A stretch of DNA of 64,000 nt from a virus: IMG/VR virus record IMGVR_UViG_3300048573_000442; one strand, given 5' to 3'. How positions within the stretch are numbered: position 1 is the first letter of the stretch; every line of letters starts with the position of its first letter. Positions 55,648 through 64,000 of this stretch are shown one piece after another. A program made the position numbers and the translations under genes. Under the pieces are notes generated by a model, which saw only the letters and a program-made list of their open reading frames with translations, did not search any database and was not told the origin of the DNA.

Positions 55648-57486
55648 TTAAGAAATTTCTGCGCCAGTTGACAATACTCGCAGTGGGATGTGCACGAATT
55701 CTGCAACCTTCGTTGGCTTAATTGCAACCTCAAGATACAGTTCATTATTGTCAATTCTGAACGGGGTGTTATTTGACTCATCACAGAGGGTGGCGAAGTC
55801 ATATAAGCCGCGTTTAGTCAACACATCATTTAGCAAGCCATCGGCCATGGACTTAATGTTGTCGCGAGTCACCTTATCATTTGGTTCAAACACGAACGGG
55901 AATGAACCTTTACGAAGCTGACGTCTAAGGAACATAACCAGTCTAATCACGTTGACGCGATCAAGGGCTGAAGTAACAGGCGATGAAGTTTTCTGCCCCC
56001 ATACCAAAAGGCCGCGACCTGGGAATTGAACAATCGGGTTGATGTTTCTAAATGATTCATACAAGCCATCACGCTGACCAATGTTGAGGTTGGCTTCCAC
56101 GAAAGTAGTTGCTGAACCCAGGGTTCCAGAAACGTAACCGACTTGAGAAACTCCAGTCACGCGACCGCGGTTTACGCCAGCAGGAGCAAACCAGATGTAT
56201 GATTGATTGTCACTATAGGCATAAGTGCGAAGAGCGATACCTGATGGGGCAACGCACACATTGCGGCCGTCCAAGTTGCTTGCCAAGCCCCAAGGGTAGT
56301 AATAAGCGGCGTTCTGTGACTGAACCCGTGCAGATGTCAGTGACCAAGTTGGAACTTGCTCTGGGGTTTTATCGACCGGGGTATCTGCGATAACCATTGC
56401 TTCTTCTAAAACGTCATTGCTAAGAGCCACGAGTTCGTCGACTACTTCATGATAACCAGGGCACAGGATCAAATTGTATTCGTAAATTTCGGAACGAACT
56501 TCTGTGTTGCTGTTGATTTCTGCCTGCAGAGCGGTCACAATTGAAGCGCGGCGAGCTGCATCATTGGCGCCAAGCGGATTAAAGATGCTTACGCTAGCCA
56601 AGTTGACAGTAAACACGTCGCCTGCAACGAATGGGACTGTACCTGCAACAGCCGTAAAGTTCAGTTCGCTTGCGGTGAAAGGAACGTTTAGGGTGCCAGT
56701 GCCAATTGAACCAGACACAGAACCGGCGACATCAAATATTGATGCGCTTGTAAACGTTACAGTGATGGTCTCTGCAGTAGAATCCTGAGTTGTTGCAATG
56801 TCAATTAGTTCACCATTACCAACACCAGCAAATGCAGCTTGATATAACAGTTCAAATTGGAAATAATCGCCCGCGACAAACGGTGTGGTCCCTGCGTTAA
56901 CAGTGAAGCTGACGATAGATGAGCTAAAAGCTGCGCCTACGGTACCTGCACCGAGCGTTCCAGAGTCTGAACCGATAACAGTAAACTGTGTTGCGCTTGA
57001 CATCACTACTGAAATTGTTTCTGGGCGAACCATTTGTGAAGGGGCTGCAATAGCTGCAATAGTCCCGTTGCCAGTACCTACTCTGGTTACATCGCCAGAA
57101 ACTGGGGTCCCAGCGGAAATAAATGTGGTGGTTTCGTCGCTTAGGTCAATATTAGCACGTACAACATATGCACGATTGCCAACTCCAAGGAATTGATTAA
57201 GGGCAAAAAGACCGTATTCATTTCGAGCATCACCGTGATACTCATTTCCAGAAACATCGTTTCTGAATGCTGGTACGCCATACAATTGAATACTTTGGCC
57301 AAGTGAAGTAACGGTCCTTACTGTGCTGTGCTCGTAGGTTGCTCCCGCTGGTGTAACACCGTTGGGCTGCATCTTGTTTTTACGAGTTGCAATAAAGAAA
57401 AGTGGAACCGTCGGTGCACTTGAAGGGATATAAAACGATTCGTCTATTAGCGTAACTGAAACGCCTGGGCTGATTAATGATGCCAT
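55648..57486 (-). CDS. Tail sheath protein (T4 gp18-like)
   Basis: LISPGVSV..ID.S, YYPW, VAPSG, WFAPAG.NRG, INPIV, WGQKT, ALDRVNV.RL, FEPND, IKPTKVAEF. Confidence 0.95.
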   Translation of the reverse strand: MASLISPGVSVTLIDESFYIPSSAPTVPLFFIATRKNKMQPNGVTPAGATYEHSTVRTVTSLGQSIQLYGVPAFRNDVSGNEYHGDARNEYGLFALNQFLGVGNRAYVVRANIDLSDETTTFISAGTPVSGDVTRVGTGNGTIAAIAAPSQMVRPETISVVMSSATQFTVIGSDSGTLGAGTVGAAFSSSIVSFTVNAGTTPFVAGDYFQFELLYQAAFAGVGNGELIDIATTQDSTAETITVTFTSASIFDVAGSVSGSIGTGTLNVPFTASELNFTAVAGTVPFVAGDVFTVNLASVSIFNPLGANDAARRASIVTALQAEINSNTEVRSEIYEYNLILCPGYHEVVDELVALSNDVLEEAMVIADTPVDKTPEQVPTWSLTSARVQSQNAAYYYPWGLASNLDGRNVCVAPSGIALRTYAYSDNQSYIWFAPAGVNRGRVTGVSQVGYVSGTLGSATTFVEANLNIGQRDGLYESFRNINPIVQFPGRGLLVWGQKTSSPVTSALDRVNVIRLVMFLRRQLRKGSFPFVFEPNDKVTRDNIKSMADGLLNDVLTKRGLYDFATLCDESNNTPFRIDNNELYLEVAIKPTKVAEFVHIPLRVLSTGAEIS

Positions 57487-57540
57487 GATTTGCCTCTCCT
57501 ATAAATGTTCTAAGCAAAAAGAATTGTCTTTCGATACGAA

Positions 57541-57548
57541 TATTTATG
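57541..57548 (-). promoter_or_regulatory. Late promoter-like CATAAATA for the sheath gene
   Basis: 55 nt upstream of 57486. Confidence 0.5.
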
Positions 57549-57623
57549 AAGTTGCAGATTTTGGGGCGAAATTCGAACCTTTTTTCAAAAACTGTGCAAC
57601 ATTGAATAAGAAACTCAGTTAAA

Positions 57624-57631
57624 GATAAATA
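57624..57631 (+). promoter_or_regulatory. Late promoter-like GATAAATA for the plus-strand gene
   Basis: About 31 nt upstream of 57663. Confidence 0.5.
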
Positions 57632-57662
57632 GGCAATCCACGTTACTAAAAGGATTCCAACC

Positions 57663-58289
57663 ATGAAAATGACACTTCTAGCTTCCTTCATCACTGAAGC
57701 CCGTGATAAAGATTTAAAATACACTGAAAAAGTGGTCAAGAATAAAATTGACCGCGTTACAGTTGAACTCCACGGCCACCATTCTGGTGCGATGTCTGCG
57801 TTAACCAATCGTTACGACCGCTTAGATCGTGCTATTAAAGAGATGACGATTCGCCGTAATGAAATGAACGAAAAAATCAAAGATAAAGTTACTGATCTTT
57901 TTGACGCCGAGGATATTGTTTTGACGCGTGTTGTTGAAACGGTATCATTCACTTTGACCTTATCAAAATTGGTTAAGGCTGCAGAACAGAAAGACAAGGT
58001 CGTAGTGGATTACGAATCCATCGCAAAAGAACTGGCCAAGCTAATTCCAGATGAATTACAGAAAGCTGTTCAAGAAATTACAGATCGATATACAGAGGTT
58101 TCGCTAGCTGCCGATAAATCTCCGGCTTTAAGAGTAAAGAACAAGAACGATGACAAGTTGACCGAAGACGTTTTGAGTTCCCTGAAGCGCTACATGGAAA
58201 GCATCCATAAATGGGTGTCAAGCATGGTAAAATGGGGTAATAAGTACGACAAGAAGCTTGATAAACTTAAAGAAAAAATAAAAGCATAA
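57663..58289 (+). CDS. Coiled-coil hypothetical protein with FITE tag
   Basis: AAGGA RBS, own promoter-like motif and terminator; opposite strand to neighbours. Confidence 0.65.
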   Translation: MKMTLLASFITEARDKDLKYTEKVVKNKIDRVTVELHGHHSGAMSALTNRYDRLDRAIKEMTIRRNEMNEKIKDKVTDLFDAEDIVLTRVVETVSFTLTLSKLVKAAEQKDKVVVDYESIAKELAKLIPDELQKAVQEITDRYTEVSLAADKSPALRVKNKNDDKLTEDVLSSLKRYMESIHKWVSSMVKWGNKYDKKLDKLKEKIKA

Positions 58290-58290
58290 G

Positions 58291-58312
58291 AAAAGGGGCC
58301 TAGGCCCCTTTT
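58291..58312. terminator. Bidirectional terminator
   Basis: Perfect palindrome AAAAGGGGCCTAGGCCCCTTTT between convergent genes. Confidence 0.8.
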
Positions 58313-58323
58313 TCAATTTTTGA

Positions 58324-59073
58324 CTAGCGCCTATCGACAGTTATTGTCCCATACGAGCTTCCTGGTTCAAATGGGACCATTTGTCCATTTTCGTCAAATT
58401 CGTTGACTTGGAACCCGTCTAAGTTACCTATTTGCACAAAAATCTTCCTAACCATTTCATCCTTAATGTCTATTGGAACTGAAATATAGAACGGAATGAC
58501 GAATTGCAAAGACCAAACAATAATACGCCTATCGCCACCTGGTGGAAAATTCTCTTCATTATTAATTCCGACTAATTCAACCGATGCAATTTTAGTCCAA
58601 TCGAAGGCCGCATCTGATGTCTGTATCTGTAGCGTAGGATCAAATAGCATAAGCAGCTGCTCGAGAATTTGATGCATCTGATTTGAATTGGATGCGTAGA
58701 TAGACAGATCCACATTCATGATATACGGGATTGGCATAACCCTTACTACAGTTTTTAAATCATTTGGAAAAACTCCACCAGCTGGCAAATAAACCCTGCG
58801 GTCTACGACTCCTGTCCCCTTTTTATTAGGCGACAAATTCAGTCCCGTCATATTTGCAGACATGATAGGTAACGAAAACGGCTTATTTTGTGTATTGCCT
58901 GCCTGTAACGCAGCGACTACGCGATCTCTGCTACCTACAGTGATAGGAACTCCTAAAAATTCCTGATCCCCGCATTCATTTCTACCAGTAGAAACTGTAA
59001 GACCTGCAAAAATGTTGCAGAATTGGAGAAGAGCAGCTTTCATTTGCCCTTCATAAAAGTGCTGATTAATCAT
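58324..59073 (-). CDS. Tail terminator / sheath stabiliser (T4 gp15-like)
   Basis: HFY...FCNIF, VPI, LP.MS, PIPY.M...LSIY...ILEQ.L..FDP. Confidence 0.8.
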   Translation of the reverse strand: MINQHFYEGQMKAALLQFCNIFAGLTVSTGRNECGDQEFLGVPITVGSRDRVVAALQAGNTQNKPFSLPIMSANMTGLNLSPNKKGTGVVDRRVYLPAGGVFPNDLKTVVRVMPIPYIMNVDLSIYASNSNQMHQILEQLLMLFDPTLQIQTSDAAFDWTKIASVELVGINNEENFPPGGDRRIIVWSLQFVIPFYISVPIDIKDEMVRKIFVQIGNLDGFQVNEFDENGQMVPFEPGSSYGTITVDRR

Positions 59074-59088
59074 GATTTCCTATTTAGT

Positions 59089-59550
59089 CTATGTGTTTAC
59101 AATTTCGCCGTCCACGTTCCCGATTCCGTCAAGCGTTTTCAGCATCGGATTGTTAAAGCACCAAAAATCTCTACCAACTTCTCTAGGTGAACCTTTTAAA
59201 GATGTCAATTGGTTTTCAGAGCACTTAAAGCTCCCACCGACTTCTCTTGGGGCACCTTGTAAAGAGATCAATTTGTTGGCATGGCACCAAAACCCTCCGC
59301 TTACTTCTCTCGGCGCACCTTGTAAAGATGCCAATTGGTTGCCAGAGCAATCAAAATATTTTGTTACTTTGCCAAATTGAACAGGGATTACAGTTAAAGA
59401 CTTCCCATATAAATCTACTCCGCCATCCACATCAACAGTCAAGTCATCATTGATTGCGTAGTTCGTTATTTTATATTTATTTAGGATCGATTCAACTTCT
59501 TCTTTAGAAGAAGGAAATCTGGTATTTTCAAACAGCTGTTTTAACTTCAT
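59089..59550 (-). CDS. LRR-like paralogue 9 (4 repeats)
   Basis: MKLKQLFEN cap, same 21-aa repeat; ATGA overlap with the gp14 stop. Confidence 0.85.
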   Translation of the reverse strand: MKLKQLFENTRFPSSKEEVESILNKYKITNYAINDDLTVDVDGGVDLYGKSLTVIPVQFGKVTKYFDCSGNQLASLQGAPREVSGGFWCHANKLISLQGAPREVGGSFKCSENQLTSLKGSPREVGRDFWCFNNPMLKTLDGIGNVDGEIVNT

Positions 59551-61394
59551 AACTTCTTCTTTAAGCTTTGCTTGGTATCTGATTGCAAAATGTTTCTAAC
59601 ACTTGGGCGATGTGAACTATAATCTCCGCGCCGGTCAGTTTCCATGAATATCCAACGATTTTTGATCGCGGAGAATTTATAAAGCCTTGGCGGGATTTTT
59701 GTTTCAGGCGCATAATATAATCTGAAATAATCCCCGTCAGAAACCCCAGCGGCCTCTGGCAATTTATAACCTTCTCCATAAGGTTCACCATTACTTGGCA
59801 ACCCATCTTCAATATGTGGCCCCTGAGGTCCTGCCGGGAACGGCTGCTGGGCGACAGCTTCTGGCTGCCCTTTTGCATTTGCACTTGGCAATGCGGCCTT
59901 TAATGGCTGGCCGACAGTCACTATCAAATCATCTGACCCGACTTCTGGAACTGCATCTGCTGCAATTTTAATGATCTCTTCAGTTTGTGTTAACGGCGTA
60001 GTATCCAGCTGATTATTAAACTGCAGCAAATCATCTGACAGCAAATATTTTTGCGTGTTTAAAGAACCAAAAATATCGCGGGTTTCTTGTGATGGCAGTG
60101 CCTGTTGTGCCTGAAACCTATAAAGCATTGGTTGCCATTGTGGGCCAAAGCCTTCAGATGCCCATCCCGTATCAGTAACTTCTAAGAATTTTCTAACCGG
60201 ATTCAAATTGTGATCATACTGCATTTCAGGAACAACTTCAATAATGTCGCCGACGACTATTGGCCGCCCGAGTAATTGAACCATACTATTAAATGAAGCA
60301 GTAAAGGAATACTGATCTAATATATTAATGCCGAATCTGGACAAATCTGACGTTGAATCTGCAGGATTGAATTGAACTCTTAGGGTTATTGGCGAATCCG
60401 CATAATCTCTATCACGATTTTCGTTAAAAAACAGGTCTTGAATATTATTGATATCAGTGGGAACCGAATCTCTTACATCGAATTCTGAAACTTCCCAACT
60501 ACCTGTTCCCGTAAACATTGTCGGGACCACACGAACCGCATTTGCTAGCAGCGCCGATTTAAGCCCAAGTGTTTGTGGTAATGGCGACTGGACTAGATTA
60601 AAAATTCCGGCACGCTTCCACACATAATCGATTGCAACAGTAAACATATCGCCGATCGAATAGGGAGTAGAACCAGCAATAACCGAGAAATTCAAAATTG
60701 TGCTGTTAAATGCTTCGCCAACAGTCGCAAAGCCAAAGGTTCCAGGGATACCGCTAACAAAGACTTCAAATTCAAAAGAACTCACTGCTATAAGAGTTAC
60801 CGTGCATGGCGCTGCGTTGACACCAACTGACCTAATAGTTACCGACCCATTACCAATGCCAGAATAAAGCGGCTGTGCAACCGTGCATGAACCATCTGAT
60901 ATATCAAGGCGAACCTGTTTTGCCCATCTATTTGGATCAGTAGATTGAGTAAGCGCAACTGACCCTATTTCAAGCATTTTGGGCTTACTGGGAGCGTAAG
61001 CGGGTTGGCCATTATGCAACTTAAACCCGAAACTTGCGCCTATCCAGGATGATCCTGGCAGTCCAGGACCCTGCATAGAAGATCTCCAAGAACCGCCAGA
61101 ATTTATCCCTGCTAATGGGAACCCAGGATACGCAGACGTTGCGAATAGGGTTGATTCAGATAATAGTGAACCTTTGCCCTGTTCATGAACGCCAAGCAAC
61201 TTGTAAATGTTTATTGGCGCACCACTAATATTTAACACTTCAGCAACATAGGTTTCTTGGCGCTTCCGATCATTTAATTCACAAATATCTGGAACTAATG
61301 AATTTATTTGCCATGTCCCCACGCACAGCTCTTGCGCAACATATGGTGATGGTTGCGTTCCGCTGTTTATTGACCCGTTGCAATTATCTGGCAT
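59547..61394 (-). CDS. Neck protein (T4 gp14-like) with inserted domains
   Basis: AEVLNISG..I, DLFFNENRDR.Y, LSRFG, P..GDII. Confidence 0.7.
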   Translation of the reverse strand: MPDNCNGSINSGTQPSPYVAQELCVGTWQINSLVPDICELNDRKRQETYVAEVLNISGAPINIYKLLGVHEQGKGSLLSESTLFATSAYPGFPLAGINSGGSWRSSMQGPGLPGSSWIGASFGFKLHNGQPAYAPSKPKMLEIGSVALTQSTDPNRWAKQVRLDISDGSCTVAQPLYSGIGNGSVTIRSVGVNAAPCTVTLIAVSSFEFEVFVSGIPGTFGFATVGEAFNSTILNFSVIAGSTPYSIGDMFTVAIDYVWKRAGIFNLVQSPLPQTLGLKSALLANAVRVVPTMFTGTGSWEVSEFDVRDSVPTDINNIQDLFFNENRDRDYADSPITLRVQFNPADSTSDLSRFGINILDQYSFTASFNSMVQLLGRPIVVGDIIEVVPEMQYDHNLNPVRKFLEVTDTGWASEGFGPQWQPMLYRFQAQQALPSQETRDIFGSLNTQKYLLSDDLLQFNNQLDTTPLTQTEEIIKIAADAVPEVGSDDLIVTVGQPLKAALPSANAKGQPEAVAQQPFPAGPQGPHIEDGLPSNGEPYGEGYKLPEAAGVSDGDYFRLYYAPETKIPPRLYKFSAIKNRWIFMETDRRGDYSSHRPSVRNILQSDTKQSLKKKL

Positions 61395-61418
61395 AGTGTT
61401 CTACCCTATTTTGGGGTT

Positions 61419-61946
61419 TCATGTTAAATCGCTCGCTATTTCGTCTTCGACACTGCCGATTCCGTCAAGAGACGTCAAATTCGGATTCTTAGAACAATTA
61501 AAACTTCCACCTACTTTTCTAGGAGCGCCCCGTAAAGATGTTAATCGATTGCTATTGCACCAAAACCCGCCATTAACTTCTCTAGGTGCGCCTTGCAAAG
61601 AAGTCAAATTGTTGTTAGAGCAATCAAAATCCCCACTCACTTCTCTAGGAGCACCTTGTAAAGATGTCAATTGATTAGCAAAGCAATTAAAACCTCCACC
61701 CACTTCTTTAGGCGCTCCTTGTAAAGAAGTCAGATGGTTAGCAGAGCAATTAAAATCCCCATTTACTTCCCCGAATTTAACAGGAATAGCTGTCAGTTGT
61801 TGCCAATACAGATCCACGTCCCCGTCAACATCAACCGTCAAGTCGTTGTTGATAACGTAATGCTTGATTCGGTATTTTTCCAGTACCTCTTCTACTTCTT
61901 GTTTAGAAGTGGGAAAGTGCGATTCAAATAATTGTTTTAATTTCAT
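61419..61946 (-). CDS. LRR-like paralogue 10 (5 repeats)
   Basis: MKLKQLFES cap, same repeat, SDLT end. Confidence 0.85.
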   Translation of the reverse strand: MKLKQLFESHFPTSKQEVEEVLEKYRIKHYVINNDLTVDVDGDVDLYWQQLTAIPVKFGEVNGDFNCSANHLTSLQGAPKEVGGGFNCFANQLTSLQGAPREVSGDFDCSNNNLTSLQGAPREVNGGFWCNSNRLTSLRGAPRKVGGSFNCSKNPNLTSLDGIGSVEDEIASDLT

Positions 61947-61949
61947 GTT

Positions 61950-63818
61950 TTATCCCATTAAAAATGCGGTATTTTGCCATGTGACCCCACCATTACCGAC
62001 TTCATAATCCATCAATTGGCGAAGCAATTCTGTCTGTTTTTCCGAAGCCATATTCAGTAACGTATCCCCGTTCATAGTAATACCGCCATTAGGACCTGGT
62101 AACGTACCATATCGGGTTCTAATCAGACCGAGCATTTCTAACATTTCAGATTCTGCCCAACCTTGCAGCCATTGTTTACACCAGCGATCTAGCAACAGCT
62201 CTTGCTCAGTTCGTTCGATTGCAACTTCTAAAACCACACGTTCTTCATTATTAGTAAGATTGCGTAAAATGACAAGTTGTCGAGATGCTTCGTCCCAAGT
62301 GAACACTAAATTACCCGCGAAAATCTTTTCAAACTGTTCAGACATTTGGTGGAACAAATGTACAGCAGTCAAATCAACCATACCGCCTTGAAATAGCTGA
62401 TTAAAGAATACCTGTGCGTACATTCCGCGTTCTGCGGAAAGGTTTGTTAACCCCATCATATTCACGCGATGAACTTTTATAACGTTGACAATTCGATCAG
62501 TTTTATTCCTAGGGTCATTCAAATAATAAACTGATTGCCCCTTTTTAAGGGAGATGGAAATGTGCCGGTGCGCATAGGCATTATCTGCACGTTGTCTAAA
62601 TGTTTCAAGCGCGTTATCTACCGCAATTTGAAATTGTTCTTCTGCTAATTCGACACATGTTTGGGGGTAACCTAATTGATGCTTGAGAACATTGATCAAA
62701 CGTAAACGCTCATCTTGTGTTCCATCTGTTCCTACGCCTATACGATCCGTTGTTGGGGAGCCCTCGCTATCAGTATCGGCCTTAACCCAGCTGGTTCCGT
62801 CCCATGCTAACAGATCACGTTTTGCAGAGTTGTAGAAAAAATCACCGACATCTGGTTTTACCGGATCTTCTTGGCCTGCAGGGGTATCTGATAATAACCC
62901 GTTCTCCCAATTTACTCCATCGCTAGTTATTTGAATGAGGTTGCCAGAAAGATCGAACCAGCCTCCCAAAGTAAAAACCTTCAGTTTTATTGTTCCTGGG
63001 CCTCCGTGTGTTGCTCTGGTGTAAAAACAAATTACTTGCCCGACAGATGGAACCGCTGGATAATCGGGAACAGTATTTGCACTAGAAAATGGTGCCCAAC
63101 TTGCACCCATTTTGATTCTAGTGTTTGCTGAATTACAAGCACTCCATGCCCCATTCGAAAAGAATTTCAAATCGTTTTCAGTGGTATTAAAGAATATAGA
63201 ATTCTGTGAAATCAGCGGCGCATTGCCAGTCTGTATCACTTTATCACCAGCGTTGACCCATACCTGTGCAACATCATTCCATGCAAATACAGTATTTGCA
63301 GCAGGGTCATAATAGACTTGACCGCTATAAGGATTTTCAGGTGCAATACTTGAACGGGGTATTGCACCTGCATATGTTTGAGAATCCTTTTCGAACCTTG
63401 ATGATTCTAGCGGATATGATTGTTTACCAATTGTAAAGTACTGGAGAATATTAGAAGCGACATGAATAGAAGCGTAGTAAATCTTATTGTCGTCAATATT
63501 AAAAACTTCTACTGAAGTCTGCGTGGTGTTGTCGCCAAAAAAACCGTAAAACGCTGCAACTACTTTACTGTTCCCGACCGTATCGGATGGGAGCGCCCAA
63601 TCGGTTGAAGCGCTATATCTAACGCCGTCCTCTGGAAACTCTGTCGATGAAAACTTTTGCTCTGATAAAAGAACAACCGCGCCATTATAGGCGACAATTG
63701 GACTTGGCAAATTCCAAGTCAATCTGATTGAAGTCGGAGAAGTTTTAATTGCGGATATATTAACCTGGCGGCCATCAATCCACAGTTGATGAGTCGTCAT
63801 TTGAGTTTGATCTGGCAT
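61950..63818 (-). CDS. Neck protein (T4 gp13-like) with long N-terminal extension
   Basis: LGYP...VEL.EEQ...AVDNALE.F, LPG..GGIT.NG. Confidence 0.75.
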   Translation of the reverse strand: MPDQTQMTTHQLWIDGRQVNISAIKTSPTSIRLTWNLPSPIVAYNGAVVLLSEQKFSSTEFPEDGVRYSASTDWALPSDTVGNSKVVAAFYGFFGDNTTQTSVEVFNIDDNKIYYASIHVASNILQYFTIGKQSYPLESSRFEKDSQTYAGAIPRSSIAPENPYSGQVYYDPAANTVFAWNDVAQVWVNAGDKVIQTGNAPLISQNSIFFNTTENDLKFFSNGAWSACNSANTRIKMGASWAPFSSANTVPDYPAVPSVGQVICFYTRATHGGPGTIKLKVFTLGGWFDLSGNLIQITSDGVNWENGLLSDTPAGQEDPVKPDVGDFFYNSAKRDLLAWDGTSWVKADTDSEGSPTTDRIGVGTDGTQDERLRLINVLKHQLGYPQTCVELAEEQFQIAVDNALETFRQRADNAYAHRHISISLKKGQSVYYLNDPRNKTDRIVNVIKVHRVNMMGLTNLSAERGMYAQVFFNQLFQGGMVDLTAVHLFHQMSEQFEKIFAGNLVFTWDEASRQLVILRNLTNNEERVVLEVAIERTEQELLLDRWCKQWLQGWAESEMLEMLGLIRTRYGTLPGPNGGITMNGDTLLNMASEKQTELLRQLMDYEVGNGGVTWQNTAFLMG

Positions 63819-63847
63819 CTCTAATTCCCTATAACAAAATATATGGC

Positions 63848-63855
63848 TATTTATG
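63848..63855 (-). promoter_or_regulatory. Late promoter-like CATAAATA for the neck operon
   Basis: 30 nt upstream of 63818. Confidence 0.5.
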
Positions 63856-64000
63856 AAAATTAGTCAACTGGGCAACCAGCAATCATCCAATCATGAAGAT
63901 GCCTATCAAGGCAGATTTTCGGTTTCCAATTGGGCGGATTCTCAAACGTGTTCTCACTGCTTAAAGATGCTCCGCTAGATCGATTTTCTATTCTTACCCC

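Noticed and set aside
63856-64000. C-terminal end of an upstream minus-strand gene
   Set aside because: An open frame of about 46 codons exists but is too short to identify
1-64000. tRNA or rRNA genes
   Set aside because: No cloverleaf-like or rRNA-like sequence noticed in the short intergenic gaps; not checked with a covariance model

Overview
A 64-kb slice of a large T4-like (myoviral, probably jumbo) bacteriophage genome, almost all coded on the minus strand. Left to right: a tail-fibre/virion accessory cluster (1-13.7 kb); glutaredoxin, nrdB, intein-containing nrdA and a GH108-type endolysin (13.9-18.9 kb); a recombination module uvsW-uvsY-uvsX-gp32 (19.5-24.4 kb); small accessory genes and a putative DNA base-hypermodification cluster (24.6-32.6 kb); intein-containing terL; a ~16-kb block lying between terL and the putative terS; then head-completion, tail tube, sheath and neck genes (gp4 x2, gp54-like, gp19, gp18, gp15, gp14, gp13). 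The most striking signals are: (i) eight tandem, translationally coupled paralogues built from a 21-aa LRR-like repeat with hypervariable surface positions, plus two more copies flanking the gp14 neck gene; (ii) seven ADP-ribosyltransferase-like (R...S/T-T/S...E) paralogues and three T7 gp0.7-like kinase paralogues, which with the LRR proteins share a T4 internal-protein-like N-terminal tag, suggesting a capsid-packaged effector arsenal; (iii) a RecA/UvsX gene that appears to be split by an atypical intein with a 26-aa N-fragment (a single-base error in an A6 run cannot be excluded). All protein identities come from reading motifs by eye; no database searches were run. No tRNA, rRNA, CRISPR array or transposase was recognised.
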